Shown piece after piece: positions 21,245 to 30,204 of a stretch of 64,000 nucleotides of DNA. A model generated the notes under the pieces. It was not told the DNA's origin. It searched no databases and saw only the letters and a list, made by a program, of their open reading frames with translations. Position numbers and translations under genes: made by a program. The stretch comes from Flavobacteriales bacterium (GTDB lineage: Bacteria > Bacteroidota > Bacteroidia > NS11-12g > UBA9320), in assembly GCA_020635355.1 (NCBI GenBank), contig JACJZW010000004.1, positions 129,226 through 193,225 of the forward strand, read 5' to 3'. The first letter of the stretch is position 1, and each line of letters starts with the position of its first letter.

Positions 21245-22315
21245 TTATACTGCAGCACTGTTGCGGATGGCAACGTATCGGGCAACCTCTCCGGCCAATT
21301 GATCATAGGCCAATTGCACCGCTACGTGTTCGGTGAGTGGTTCACCGGAATCCGCAGAACTCATGATGCGTTCAACGAGGGGAATCTGGCTGAGCAGAGG
21401 AAGGTCAAATTGTTGGGCAATCTTGCGTCCACCATCTTTGCCAAACAAGTAGTACCGCTTGCTTTTGTCATCGTCCGGTGTGAACCACGCCATGTTCTCT
21501 ACGATACCCAAAACGGGTACCTGAATATGTTGATTGTTGAACATTCCAATTGCCTTGCGGCAATCTGCGGCAGCAACTTCCTGAGGAGTAGTGACCACCA
21601 CTGCACCGGTAAGCGGCACTTTTTGAGCGATGGTTAGATGGATATCGCCTGTACCCGGGGGTAAATCCATAATCAGATAGTCCAATTCACCCCAATCCAC
21701 ATCAGTGGTGAATTGGTTGATGGCCGAACTGGCCATAGGCCCCCGCCAGATAATAGCTTGATTATCCTCAACCAGAAATCCGATGGAGATCACCTTGATA
21801 CCGTCTTTCTCAACAGGCACCATTTTGCCTTCGCTTGATTCCGGTCGGGATCCTTTTAAACCCATCATAGTTGGTATGGACGGGCCATAAATATCGGCAT
21901 CCAACAACCCAACTTTTGCACCTGTACGGGCAAGTGACCGAGCCAAATTCACGGCAACGGTGGATTTACCTACACCGCCTTTGCCACTGGCTACGGCAAT
22001 GACATTTCGAACTTCCGGGAGAACGGCTTTCTCCTGGCGATTCGACGTCACACGGGAAGTCATATTTGGAGCAACTTCCAGGGATTTGTCAACAAAGTGA
22101 TGAACCGCGTTCACACAGGCATTTCGAATCATATCCTTAAGCGGACATGCCGGCGTGGTGAGTTCCACGTCAAACGAAACCCGTCCGGTTTCAATCACAA
22201 TATTTTTAATCATGTTCAAGGTCACCAGATCTTTTTTCAGATCCGGATCGTCTACATGACGTAATGCGTCCAGTACAGCAGCTTCTGTAACCATCTTATT
22301 CCGTTTTCTTTCCAA
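21245..22315 (-). CDS. mrp: Mrp/ApbC family Fe-S cluster carrier ATPase
   Basis: N-terminal DUF59-like domain and P-loop SGKGGVGKST. An alternative start at 22294 (MVTEAAV) would remove the overlap with the upstream gene. Confidence 0.85.
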   Translation of the reverse strand: MERKRNKMVTEAAVLDALRHVDDPDLKKDLVTLNMIKNIVIETGRVSFDVELTTPACPLKDMIRNACVNAVHHFVDKSLEVAPNMTSRVTSNRQEKAVLPEVRNVIAVASGKGGVGKSTVAVNLARSLARTGAKVGLLDADIYGPSIPTMMGLKGSRPESSEGKMVPVEKDGIKVISIGFLVEDNQAIIWRGPMASSAINQFTTDVDWGELDYLIMDLPPGTGDIHLTIAQKVPLTGAVVVTTPQEVAAADCRKAIGMFNNQHIQVPVLGIVENMAWFTPDDDKSKRYYLFGKDGGRKIAQQFDLPLLSQIPLVERIMSSADSGEPLTEHVAVQLAYDQLAGEVARYVAIRNSAAV

Positions 22316-22619
22316 TCATCCTGCGATTCATCTTTTTGATAAACCACCAGAAAAATTTGTGTTCGCCCAGTAGGGTGCCCAATGTAAATAGCAACAACTG
22401 ATAGATGAAATAGATTGCAACTAGTTTGATGAAGAAAGCCAGCACGGGTGATTCAATTTCAATTCCCAACGCTCTGAACAAGCCTTTGCGAACGAATACA
22501 GTAGCCGAACCGGTTATGGCGAAAATCACAAAAATCCAGATCATTCGTCGATCCGATTCTATTCCCCACTTAATCTTCCATTTCGTCCAGATTTTTTTCA
22601 TGGCCGCGCAAAAGTACAA
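22296..22619 (-). CDS. small hypothetical membrane protein
   Basis: 107-aa ORF with two hydrophobic segments. Confidence 0.4.
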   Translation of the reverse strand: MYFCAAMKKIWTKWKIKWGIESDRRMIWIFVIFAITGSATVFVRKGLFRALGIEIESPVLAFFIKLVAIYFIYQLLLFTLGTLLGEHKFFWWFIKKMNRRMIGKKTE

Positions 22620-23003
22620 CCGGTGGAGTTGAAGACGTTGGATTCAGGATGGAATAAAACCGGTGATGATATTGGCGCCCTTTTTCGGCGGTGGTAGAGT
22701 TAAGCGTTTAAGGAGTGATGCGGTGGTGAACAGGTTGACTTTTTTCGCTATCTTTCTACGGGGTAGGGGTGATTGCATCCCTCGCGAAAAAAATTTGAAT
22801 GGCAATCATCGGTTGGAAAGGTTGTCCAGCAATTGGTTTTTAATTTGTCTAATTCGTCACTCAACCCACATTGAGAACATGGGATAGCTGAGCGTTTTGG
22901 TGAATTAGATGGGGCATGACGCTTCACATATTAATTTATGGTGAACCGCTTTCAATTCGCGGTTTAGCATGTAACATTGTGTTCACTTCCACACCTATTG
23001 AAT

Positions 23004-24959
23004 ATGAAACGATTTTTAAAATGGTTTCTCCTTGTTGCCGCGATTGGGATTACGATCGTAGTGGGGTATTTGTATCTAAGCCCGGATAAGAATATCAACG
23101 GTTTGTACCTCGTCCCGTCTGATGCCTTTTATATCCTCGAGTCCGATGATCCGATTTCCGATTGGAAAACAATGAGTGAGAGTGATGTCTGGACGTTCCT
23201 CAAACAACATCCGGAGTTCAAGGACATTACGGATGATGCGAATTACCTGGATCAACTTATTCAGGATAATAACTTCCTGTTTAAACTCTTTGGATCCCGG
23301 AAGTTTATTCTATCGGCCCATCAAACACGTCCGGCAGATTATGATTTCCTGTTTGCCATCGACCTTAAGCGCACCGCAAAAGCAGGTATCCTGTACAATA
23401 CGCTGGAGAAAACACTCAAGTCAGGCGGTTACAAGGTCACCTTCCGGAAATACGGTGATTATGAACTGCTGGAATCCATGGATAACATGAAGGACGTCCT
23501 CACCATGTGCAAGATTGAGAACTTCTTAGTGTGTTCGTACACTCCGTCTTTAGTTGAAAAGTCTATTGATGAATGGGGCAAATCGGCTGATAAGCTCGCC
23601 AGGGATATTTATTTCCAGGACGTGTACAAACGGGTAAAAACGAAAGGAATTGGGCGTTTATACATCCAATATTCCCGGATTGATGAGATGATGAAATGCT
23701 ATATGAGCGAACCTAACGATCTCATCAACGGATTGAGCACCTCACTTCGATTTACGGCGCTCGATTTGAAATCTGAGGGAGATTTTTGGCGGGTAGATGG
23801 CTACTCGAATATCAACGAGGGAACCAAGTCCTATTTAAGAGCCTTGATGCGTTCTGGAACCAGCAAGCATCTATCGTCCGATATCTTACCCAATCGCACG
23901 GCCTACTATTTAAGTTTTAACTTCAGTTCGATGGACAAGTTCTACAACGAACTGAATGAGGTTTTTAAGCAGGATCAAAAGGCTTACGCCGATTTTCAAA
24001 AATCGCAGAAGCGCCTTGAAAACCTGTTGGGAATTTCGGTGCAGGACCAATTACTGAGTTGGATTTCGGATGAGGTTACCGTTGCTCAGATGCGAAGCAA
24101 TGATTACACCCAACGCCAGGATAATTTGGTGGTTTGCCTGCACTCCAACGATATCGGCAAAGCCAGAAAGGAACTCAATAAGGTTGCGCAACAGGTAAAA
24201 CGCAGAACACCGGCAAAATTCAAGCGCATTGAATACCGCAACTACGAAATTCAATACCTCGATATCAAAGGCTTTTTCAGAACCTTTTTTGGGAAGGCGT
24301 TTGAAAAATTGGAGAAACCATACTTTACCATCATCGGCGATTATGTGGTATTTAGCAACAGTCCGCTAACGTTGATAGGCGTCATCGAAGATTACGAGAA
24401 TTTTAGAACCTTAAGCCTGGATCCTGCCTACAAACGTTTTCTGGAAAATGGGAGTAGTTCCAGTTCACTTACGCTCTACATCTCACCCAAAAATACGTAC
24501 CCTTTGATGACGAAATATGCGAACAGTGAAACGCGCAAGAGTTTGGCTAAAAGCAAGATGTACTTTGAGGGATTTGAGGGACTTGCCCTGCAACTCACGC
24601 CCAAGGGTGATCTGATCGATACTAAAGCCTATCTTCATAGAACAGTTGAAACAACCGCCCAGCCCGAACTGGTTGAAAAGGTGATGGTAGAGAAATATCA
24701 AGACTACGCAGTAGTTGCCATTGACACCCAATTTGCTGTTGAGTTGATCGAAGACGGGATATTTAAAAAGTACTTTCCCGACGGACAGCACCTACGGATT
24801 GAAGCCGACATGAAGAATGGGGAACTTCATGGACGTTACACCGAATTTTATCTCAATGGAAAGGAACACATCACGGGTAAATACAAGCGGGGTAAAAAGA
24901 CCGGGACGTGGAAGACGTATGATCTGTCCGGAGATGTGATCGAAAAGGAACGCTATTGA
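23004..24959 (+). CDS. membrane-anchored hypothetical protein with C-terminal MORN-type repeats
   Basis: N-terminal transmembrane segment MKRFLKWFLLVAAIGITIVVGYLYL. The C-terminus carries repeated G-x-x-x-G-x-[YW]-x-x-[YF] units (LHGRYTEFYLNGKEHITGKYKRGKKTGTWKTY). Confidence 0.6.
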   Translation: MKRFLKWFLLVAAIGITIVVGYLYLSPDKNINGLYLVPSDAFYILESDDPISDWKTMSESDVWTFLKQHPEFKDITDDANYLDQLIQDNNFLFKLFGSRKFILSAHQTRPADYDFLFAIDLKRTAKAGILYNTLEKTLKSGGYKVTFRKYGDYELLESMDNMKDVLTMCKIENFLVCSYTPSLVEKSIDEWGKSADKLARDIYFQDVYKRVKTKGIGRLYIQYSRIDEMMKCYMSEPNDLINGLSTSLRFTALDLKSEGDFWRVDGYSNINEGTKSYLRALMRSGTSKHLSSDILPNRTAYYLSFNFSSMDKFYNELNEVFKQDQKAYADFQKSQKRLENLLGISVQDQLLSWISDEVTVAQMRSNDYTQRQDNLVVCLHSNDIGKARKELNKVAQQVKRRTPAKFKRIEYRNYEIQYLDIKGFFRTFFGKAFEKLEKPYFTIIGDYVVFSNSPLTLIGVIEDYENFRTLSLDPAYKRFLENGSSSSSLTLYISPKNTYPLMTKYANSETRKSLAKSKMYFEGFEGLALQLTPKGDLIDTKAYLHRTVETTAQPELVEKVMVEKYQDYAVVAIDTQFAVELIEDGIFKKYFPDGQHLRIEADMKNGELHGRYTEFYLNGKEHITGKYKRGKKTGTWKTYDLSGDVIEKERY

Positions 24960-25720
24960 GCGGTTGCTTTTTGCTGATCGGCGTACTTGAATACTTTTTT
25001 CAGTAAGGCCGTGGTCCGTTCAACCGGATTTTCACGAATCTTATCTTCCTGAGTTCGGATTTCGGAAAACAAACCAATCATAGCTCGTTCGGTAACGTAG
25101 GCATTCAAATCAGTGGTAACATTTTTTCCGGTGGCAATCTTGTATCCGGTGCTCACGTTGCTCCAGAGTTCATTGATTCCCAATGGTTCCAAAGACTTCG
25201 CAATGATGGGTTGAAATTTGGCCTTCAGCTGGGCAGTTGTAGCATTTTCAAGATAGGAGGTCGCCGCTCCATCACCTCCGGTAACAATGGACACAGCATC
25301 CTGAATTGTCATTTGTTTAATAGCATCGGCAAAAACGGGCTTGGCTTCTTCCATGGCGTTTTCAGCTCCTTTGTTCATGGCGGCAATCAGCTTATCCATA
25401 TAGGGTGCATAGGCAGCGGAAAACATGGAATTTCGGATCTTCTGATCAGCCTCTTGAACTTCCGGAGGAAGTAAGATCTTATACGCAGCATTGTTAAAAA
25501 ATCCGTTCTCTTTTCCCAACAGATCAACACCGGTTAAAACGCCCTTTTGCAAGGCTTCTTTTAATCCGCCTGCTGCCTCGTCTTCTGTGATGGAAGAGAC
25601 CAATCCTCCAGAAGTTTCCAATGTTTTCAGCAAGGTGTCACATGAAGTGAGGGTGAGAGTTAGCCCAACAATCAAGGCTGTTTTTCCAAGTTTTAACATG
25701 CTCGTAATATTTGCGTTCAA
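24953..25720 (-). CDS. hypothetical lipoprotein (Bacteroidetes-type, helical)
   Basis: Signal peptide plus a lipobox (LTLTSCDT). Confidence 0.5.
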   Translation of the reverse strand: MNANITSMLKLGKTALIVGLTLTLTSCDTLLKTLETSGGLVSSITEDEAAGGLKEALQKGVLTGVDLLGKENGFFNNAAYKILLPPEVQEADQKIRNSMFSAAYAPYMDKLIAAMNKGAENAMEEAKPVFADAIKQMTIQDAVSIVTGGDGAATSYLENATTAQLKAKFQPIIAKSLEPLGINELWSNVSTGYKIATGKNVTTDLNAYVTERAMIGLFSEIRTQEDKIRENPVERTTALLKKVFKYADQQKATAQ

Positions 25721-25722
25721 AG

Positions 25723-28644
25723 TTACTGCTCTGGCTCAATCGACTGGTAGATGGCGTCCATAATTTTCGTGCGAACGCTCATACTTATTAATGATTTATT
25801 AGAGGCGGTGGGGTGAACCCGGTTCGACAAAAAGATAAAAATGAGATCGTTTTGAGGATCGGCCCACATCTGAGTCCCGGTGAATCCGCTGTGTCCAAAG
25901 GTTTGGTTGGATGCCAATCGTGAGCAGGGGCTGATGTAGTTTAATCGGGATTCGGGTTTGTCAAATCCCAATCCTCTACGACTGTCACGGGATTGATAGC
26001 TGGTGAAGGTTCGAATCGTATTTTCATGCAAAAACGTATGACCGTTGTATGAGCCACCGTTCAGCAGCATTTGCATCACAGCCGCCAGATCACCAGCATT
26101 TGAAAATAATCCGGCATGACCCGAAACACCCCCCAACATGGCAGCAGCTGGATCATGAACGTACCCATGAATCAGTGTTCGTCTGAAATCGGCATTGTCT
26201 TCGGTTGGGATAATCCGGTCTTTACTGAATTTGTTGAGCGGATTGAATGTGAGGGTTCTCAAACCCATGGGTTGATAGAAAACACTATCAACATAGCGGT
26301 CAAAGGACGTGTGAGTGACTTTCTCAATAACATACCGCATGAGGATCATGCCCAAATCGCTGTATCGATAATCACCCTGATTTTTTATCTCTGAGCTTTC
26401 AATCTCCCCAATAATTACCTGCTGAAAATCCTTACACATGTAAAGGTTATCGTCTACTTTGATGCAGAATCGGTCGTCTGGTGTTTTGTGATAAGTGGTG
26501 TCATAAGCGGTCTGATCAGACACGGTTACTTCATAAAATGGAATCCAATCCTTCAACCCAGCGGTGTGTGTTAGAATTTCCCGTAGAGTGATATCGGCCT
26601 TATTGGTGGTGTCCAGATTCTTGAGGTATTTGGATATCGGATCATCCAATTTCAAGATAGAGTCCTCAGTAAGTTTCATAACCGCTAAGGTGGTTGCCAT
26701 GATCTTTGTTAGCGAAGCCAGATCATAGAGATCATCCACCGAAACCGCTTTGGAGTTAACTGCATAGGTATGGTGACCGAAGGCCTGTTCATATACGATC
26801 TTTCCATGACGGGCAACAAGGATCTGAGCACCAGGAGTGGCTTTGGCTTTGATGGCATCCTGGATGATGCTATCAACCTTCGTCAAACCATTCGGACTCA
26901 TAAATACTTCTTCCGGCTCACCATAGTCCAGGATATTTCGATCCGGGACAATGTAATTGCTGTGAAGTTTGAATTCTGTGCTTACCGTAACCGGCAAAAA
27001 GGCATCGGCCGGAATGGCGCCGAAGATGAGTTGTGCGGCCTTGCGTTGATTGGTGACATTGTCTTCATACCCCATCACAACGGTTTTCATTCCTTCAAAG
27101 AATTTTAGGTTGTAGGGATTGCCAAAGTCAACAAAAACACATGGCTGCAGGTTATCCAGCTCCTTGATGAATCGGGCTGATCGAAGTGAAACGCGGTAGT
27201 TGTTCTTAGGATATTTACTGGTTTCGTGCAGGGATATCAGCACTAAATCATACGGCTTAAGCTTCTTAATCATGCTCTTAGCCGATTCCGGGCTGATATC
27301 GGAAGGCAAATGGAAATGATCGGCCTGATGGTACCGATTAATCATTTGCTGAAACGCATTGTTGGCTGATCCACCAATGGATATCGTGGCGATTTTCTGT
27401 TGATCGTTGATCGCTACCGGCAAGGTGGAGAGCTTGTCCTGTACCACGCAAAGTTGTTTCTCAATGAGCTTGTTTAGCAGGAAGGTGGCATACGATGAGT
27501 TTAAATCTTCCAGTAAATTTTCCGTTGAGATGGTATCGCGTTTAGCTAATCCTGCCCAATACTTGTTGCGCAGAACCTTTTTAACTTTTTGCTCCAGATA
27601 AGCCGGTTTAATACTTCCGTCCTTTAGTCCGGCTTTGATTAATTCGATGGCTTTGGGAATATTTCCTGGAGCCAGCAAAATATCGTTTCCGGCCACAAAT
27701 GCCATCTTTTCGAGTTCACCTGCTTCGTGGAATTTAGCTACGCCTTGCATGTTCAAGGCATCGGTAAACGACAATCCTTTAAACCCCAGTTCGGTTCGAA
27801 GTAATCCGTTGATTCCTCGATCCGAAACCGAAATAGCTTGATTTGGTCGGTTGTCAATGGCTGGGATAAACAGGTGGGCGGTCATCACGCTCATCACTCC
27901 GCTATCGATCAATACCCGGAACGGATACAGTTCAACAGAATCCAATCGGGCCCGACTGTGATTAATCACCGGCAAGCCCAGATGGGAGTCCACATCGGTG
28001 TCTCCATGACCGGGGAAATGTTTGGCGCAAGCAATCACATTCTCGGCTTGCATGCCCTTCGCATAGGCCCATCCTTTTTGCGCTACATTGAATTTATCTT
28101 CACCAAAAGATCGGTAGTTGATCACCGGATTGTTCGGGTTGTTATTGATATCAATAACCGGAGCGAAGTTTACATGGATACCCATTCTTCGGCATTGTCG
28201 GCCAATTTCCCGACCCATATCGTATATCAGGGTATTGTCCCGAATGCCTCCAAGTCCCATCTGATAAGGAAAGGTGGTGGTGTTGCTTAGTCGCATAGCC
28301 AAGCCCCATTCACCATCTATTGCGATCATGAGTGGTGTTTGGGATCGCTTTTGATAGGCGTTGGTGAGCTGAACCTGTTCCAAAGGATCGCCTTTGAAAA
28401 AGATCAATCCACCTACCTTATATCGATCGATGTCGGATTCAACCTGTTTCAGATGGGCGGCTCCCAGGGTTGGACGCACCTCAATCATCATCAATTGGGC
28501 GATCTGCTCATCTGTCGATAGTGAGTTGTAAACGGAGTCCACCCAGGAAACATCCTTTGCAACCGGAACCGGAGGTCGGGACGTGAGGATGCCCGTCATG
28601 AACAACAGACATATAAGCAGGTATCGCATTCGGATTGAAATCAT
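25723..28644 (-). CDS. fusion protein: GH3 beta-N-acetylhexosaminidase (NagZ-like) N-terminal domain + serine beta-lactamase/PBP-like C-terminal domain
   Basis: The GH3 half carries the KHFPGHGDTDVDSHLGLP motif. The C-terminal half carries an SxxK motif (LASLTKIMATT), as in beta-lactamase-family hydrolases. Confidence 0.8.
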   Translation of the reverse strand: MISIRMRYLLICLLFMTGILTSRPPVPVAKDVSWVDSVYNSLSTDEQIAQLMMIEVRPTLGAAHLKQVESDIDRYKVGGLIFFKGDPLEQVQLTNAYQKRSQTPLMIAIDGEWGLAMRLSNTTTFPYQMGLGGIRDNTLIYDMGREIGRQCRRMGIHVNFAPVIDINNNPNNPVINYRSFGEDKFNVAQKGWAYAKGMQAENVIACAKHFPGHGDTDVDSHLGLPVINHSRARLDSVELYPFRVLIDSGVMSVMTAHLFIPAIDNRPNQAISVSDRGINGLLRTELGFKGLSFTDALNMQGVAKFHEAGELEKMAFVAGNDILLAPGNIPKAIELIKAGLKDGSIKPAYLEQKVKKVLRNKYWAGLAKRDTISTENLLEDLNSSYATFLLNKLIEKQLCVVQDKLSTLPVAINDQQKIATISIGGSANNAFQQMINRYHQADHFHLPSDISPESAKSMIKKLKPYDLVLISLHETSKYPKNNYRVSLRSARFIKELDNLQPCVFVDFGNPYNLKFFEGMKTVVMGYEDNVTNQRKAAQLIFGAIPADAFLPVTVSTEFKLHSNYIVPDRNILDYGEPEEVFMSPNGLTKVDSIIQDAIKAKATPGAQILVARHGKIVYEQAFGHHTYAVNSKAVSVDDLYDLASLTKIMATTLAVMKLTEDSILKLDDPISKYLKNLDTTNKADITLREILTHTAGLKDWIPFYEVTVSDQTAYDTTYHKTPDDRFCIKVDDNLYMCKDFQQVIIGEIESSEIKNQGDYRYSDLGMILMRYVIEKVTHTSFDRYVDSVFYQPMGLRTLTFNPLNKFSKDRIIPTEDNADFRRTLIHGYVHDPAAAMLGGVSGHAGLFSNAGDLAAVMQMLLNGGSYNGHTFLHENTIRTFTSYQSRDSRRGLGFDKPESRLNYISPCSRLASNQTFGHSGFTGTQMWADPQNDLIFIFLSNRVHPTASNKSLISMSVRTKIMDAIYQSIEPEQ

Positions 28645-28923
28645 GGACGCTAGTACAAATGCAACTTTTATACCTGCAATGTTAGTATGGGTGAATACGG
28701 AGCATCGGAAATGTTATCAACTTGTTAACCAGGTTGTCCGATCTGTTTCACGTCTTATTGCGCCTAAAAAGTTGACCTATATACTAGTCAGTATTTTTCG
28801 TGATTAATTTTCACACTATTTCGTAAGAAACTGTTTTTCAATTCAATAGGGATAAAAGTGTCCAGGGGGTATATCACTTGAAACGTTGTCGGAAACAAGT
28901 CAAACAATTTAAAGAGGACCATT

Positions 28924-29682
28924 ATGAAAAAAATCTACACACACATCTTAGTATTCGTCATGGCCTCACTTGGAAGCGTAAGTTTCAGTGCGGCACAATC
29001 CCGACTTCATCTCGACCTGTTCCACGATGGAAATTTCGAGGTTCAGTTGGATGGGATTCGATACACCGCCTATTCGGGGGGTGTTGACATTGGCGGTTTG
29101 GCACCCGGAACACACAGCATTCGGGTGGTTGAAGTTTTCCGTGGGCGGGCATATCGGGGACGAGGCCGATCTGTTCTGTACAACGGAAGTATTAACATTC
29201 CATTTCGGTCTGCGGTATTTGCCCGCCTTAACCCAAACAACCAGTTACGGGTAACGGAGGTACGATCCATTGCACCACCACCGGTTGTGCGGAAACCTGC
29301 TCCAACTCGGGGAGGCCAGGGTTACCGGCGCGGACATGGATCAAGTCGGGGTAATGGCGCAGGAAGAGGGCCAGCTGTAAATGCCTTTGAATTAACCCGT
29401 ACTCAAATCATCCATACACCGATGGATCGGGATAAGCTTGCCTTGGCAACCCAATATGTTTCATCCGGACGAGTGACGTCCTCTGAGGTGGCATCCTTGA
29501 TGAACCTTCTCACTTTTGAAAAGAACAAATTGGCGCTGGCCAAACAGGCATATGCAAATACCATCGACAAACAAAACTACCATTTGGTGAATAGCTCGTT
29601 CACATTTGACAGCAGCGTGCGTGAACTGAACCGGTTTATTATCGGTCATCGAACGGCGCCCACCAATAGACGAGGCAAATAA
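28924..29682 (+). CDS. hypothetical secreted protein with Gly/Arg-rich linker
   Basis: Signal peptide MKKIYTHILVFVMASLGSVSFSAAQ. Confidence 0.55.
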   Translation: MKKIYTHILVFVMASLGSVSFSAAQSRLHLDLFHDGNFEVQLDGIRYTAYSGGVDIGGLAPGTHSIRVVEVFRGRAYRGRGRSVLYNGSINIPFRSAVFARLNPNNQLRVTEVRSIAPPPVVRKPAPTRGGQGYRRGHGSSRGNGAGRGPAVNAFELTRTQIIHTPMDRDKLALATQYVSSGRVTSSEVASLMNLLTFEKNKLALAKQAYANTIDKQNYHLVNSSFTFDSSVRELNRFIIGHRTAPTNRRGK

Positions 29683-29702
29683 TTTCTATTCATTCGTACT
29701 CG

Positions 29703-29738
29703 AGGCCCAACGACCAATCCGGCGTTGGGCCTTTTTTA
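29703..29738 (+). terminator. rho-independent terminator
   Basis: AGGCCCAACG-loop-CGTTGGGCCT followed by TTTTTT. Confidence 0.65.
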
Positions 29739-29784
29739 TATGCTGAATTCTTTGAATTGATTTATCTTCACGTTTCAATCACGA

Positions 29785-30204
29785 ATGAAAAACTTCAACT
29801 GGCAGTTTGTTTTAGCCATCATCGCCTCCTTAATCAGTGTTCTTCTGGTTGTGGAATTGGTTCAATCGGGAACCGCATTAAACATGGATCAGACGGGTTT
29901 GGACATGGAAGCCTATCGGTCTTCTGTGCACGATGTTTTGACAAGCATGACCAGAAATGATTTGCTTTTAGTGCCTATTGCCTGGATTCTTGCTGCCTTT
30001 GTGGGTGCCATGGTGGGCAGTGTCATTACCCGGGACCGACGACGTCAAATTTTCTTTGTCGTTGCCTTGTTCACCTTGTCTGCCGCGGTGATGTTCATGT
30101 TGATGTTTCAACCACCTTCCTGGGTTTGGATTGCGGTGATATTCATCTTTCCATCGTCCTTGTTGGGCAGCAGGCTCATCAGGCGGGTGCCTGCGAAACG
30201 CTAA
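29785..30204 (+). CDS. small hypothetical membrane protein
   Basis: 139 aa with 3-4 hydrophobic segments. Confidence 0.45.
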   Translation: MKNFNWQFVLAIIASLISVLLVVELVQSGTALNMDQTGLDMEAYRSSVHDVLTSMTRNDLLLVPIAWILAAFVGAMVGSVITRDRRRQIFFVVALFTLSAAVMFMLMFQPPSWVWIAVIFIFPSSLLGSRLIRRVPAKR

